Origin: Hypanus sabinus
Taxonomy: Eukaryota
Assembly (NCBI RefSeq): GCF_030144855.1
Contig: NC_082731.1
Location: 20,956,001-21,020,000 of the forward strand
Reading direction: 5' to 3'
Length of the DNA: 64,000 bases
Under the pieces are notes generated by a model. It was not told the DNA's origin. It saw only the letters and a list, made by a program, of their open reading frames with translations, and made no database searches. Below, in pieces: positions 62,118-64,000 of this stretch. The stretch's first letter is position 1. Every line of letters begins with the position of its first letter. Made by a program: the position numbers and the translations under genes.

Positions 62118-64000
62118 TATCTTCAGCGCTTCGCTCACGAGGACTGTTCATTCTTCGATTTTCGCAGGAGCTTCGAGGCAAGCATGTAACTGCTGACAAA
62201 CTATACTCTTGCATTTGATATAGTACCTTTCTCTCGTGAACCTGGACGGTAAATTCCTTGTAATCATCTTCTTCAACATCAAACTGATGGATATCAAGGA
62301 TCGAAGGACATACGTAGATACCTGTGTCAGAATTTGAAACAGCATTTCTTTTTGAAAAGTATTGAGATTAATCAGGGAATTCCCTGCCTACTTTATGTGA
62401 ATTTGCCATGCACCGATTTTCTGAAGTAGAGACTCATAAATAAGCAATGAAAACATAAATAACCACTTGTTTTAGGTGATTGTTCAGCAGGATATAATGT
62501 TTCCCATCCCAGTGCATGTTTTCTGCAGATTTTGATTTATGACCATTAAGTCGCAGAGATCATAGAGCATGTCTCGCATTTTTGAAATAGTGGTACACGA
62601 GTTCTTGGGCTATTGTGTGGGCTAGTCATCATTGAAAAGAATACAAGCGTACAAGCGATTTTTAATTATCATAAAAGATTGTGATATCAGAATTAAACAA
62701 ACTCCCCATTAAGAGAAGCAGAGTGGAAAAATGCAAATCAGTTTGATTGAACCCAACCCTGGATTGTATGAGGAAACACCTATACCGATGATATTTTCAA
62801 ACTGTGACCTTCTCGAAATCATGGACTTGGAAACTGCAACGCGCCCCAACTTGCGTTACTCTGATTCAAAATCTATTTTTTTAATCTGAATTCGAAATCA
62901 TTTTTGAATGAGCACCGATCTCATATTGTGTATATGACGTGAGTAGAAAAAATAAACAGATGTAAAAGGGAATGAGATCAAGCTGTCTTTGTAAATTGAC
63001 GAATGTCATGTCGCACGACACACAGAGGTGGTGTCCCATTCCTTATGATGAATTCTTAAGATTCTATGCATTGTATGCTGCAAGATATTATAGTATTTTT
63101 CTCTCATTTTAAACATATTACCGGTTTGAGCAATCAACATCTCTGCAAATGTAATTCCTCAGATGGACATAGAGACATCTTTTTAGTTCAAGCTGCACAT
63201 GTGTTGTTTTTTTATCTTTCTTTAATTTATTTTGTCTCCACCATTATCTGTGCAGACAACCGAAGTATGCTGTGTGGAAACCAGCTACTGGAGTCGATGA
63301 ATTCACTAATGGTAGTTTTGTTGATGAGCTCTAGTTATTGACAATGCGTAGCGATTCACTATGGCATCTGTGCAGCTGACTGTCTCCGCGTGTTATTTCC
63401 GTGTGGAGATGAAATTGAGAGTAACTTTACGATATTTCCACAGCTACTGCACACAGTTTTGCATTGCGGTTCTGTAGCAAACAGTGGGAAACAAACATGA
63501 AACACTAAACAGGAAACATTCTCTGAACGTGATTGCAACTACTCCACTGGGTTGTAACATACTGTATACGGTACTATGTGATATCGGATAATGAGGTAAG
63601 TAAAGGTAAAAATAAAATTATATATCTGAGAGTAATTACCACTAGTTAATAATAAGTTAATATTAATTGTTATACCTGATGTTACAAGTTACTTTAGTTT
63701 CACGTTACACATTGCGAAGAAAAGTAATAATGTAATTCGCACTTTCTATTGTGAGAATAAGAAAGGTTTGTCCAGTAACTCAGTCTAATGCATTATCACC
63801 AGGTGTAGTATGAATCCCTTTTATCTCTGTGTTCTTTCCTTACTCCTGCAGCTGCCTAGTTAAGATTGTGAACAGAATAAAGTGCTCAATAAGTGTCTTG
63901 GAGTTTGTCACACGACCGCAGTGTAAGCCTACGCAGGACCCAGTTTCAGAGCCGTTGCTGTAATATGGAGTGTGTTACAATATTGATAAATAAGATCGTG

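Larger units (their letters stand above)
50716..64000. repeat. Segmental duplication unit D (V4; most divergent copy)
   Basis: 50716-52860 matches A 1-1980; 59130-60500 matches A 2640-4035; 60505-62900 matches A 7610-10100 at lower identity. Confidence 0.8.

Noticed and set aside
1-64000. D, J or C segments, IgH-like/NAR-TCR V genes, tRNA/rRNA genes, CRISPR
   Set aside because: No 12-bp-spacer RSS with FGxG, no C1 exon and no IGHV-like motifs were seen; the tRNA-like pieces are a PBS and a SINE head; the DNA is eukaryotic.

Overview
Vertebrate genomic DNA, most likely a cartilaginous fish (inferred from the repeat content: V-SINE, CR1 with TTCTATG tails, Rex1/Babar, Tc1, Penelope, Gypsy, L1). 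It is part of a T-cell receptor alpha/delta-type V-gene array built from four tandem segmental duplicates: A 1-21204, B 21205-33060, C 33070-50715, D 50716-64000+. Each unit carries one minus-strand V gene with a 46-nt leader exon, a ~130-nt phase-1 intron, a 303-nt V exon ending DSATYLCAMS, and a 22/23-bp-spacer RSS. V2, V3 and V4 are intact; V1 has an in-frame stop. Features missed by the ORF track: (i) three much older relic V genes (units A, B, D) sharing the same dead splice acceptor; (ii) a CTCF-like motif exactly 23 bp beyond every RSS nonamer and a second, oppositely oriented CTCF-like motif ~630 bp upstream of every ATG, together bounding a ~1.2-kb cassette free of transposon insertions; (iii) two copies of a NAA40 (histone N-terminal acetyltransferase) pseudogene fragment that looks semi-processed. 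Unit-specific insertions are a full-length L1 with a 17-bp TSD (A), and a truncated L1, a CR1 and a two-LTR Gypsy with a tRNA-Trp PBS (C). Most short ORFs in the track are non-coding (non-ATG starts, antisense to repeats). All alignments were made by eye; no database search was run, and boundaries of decayed repeats are approximate.
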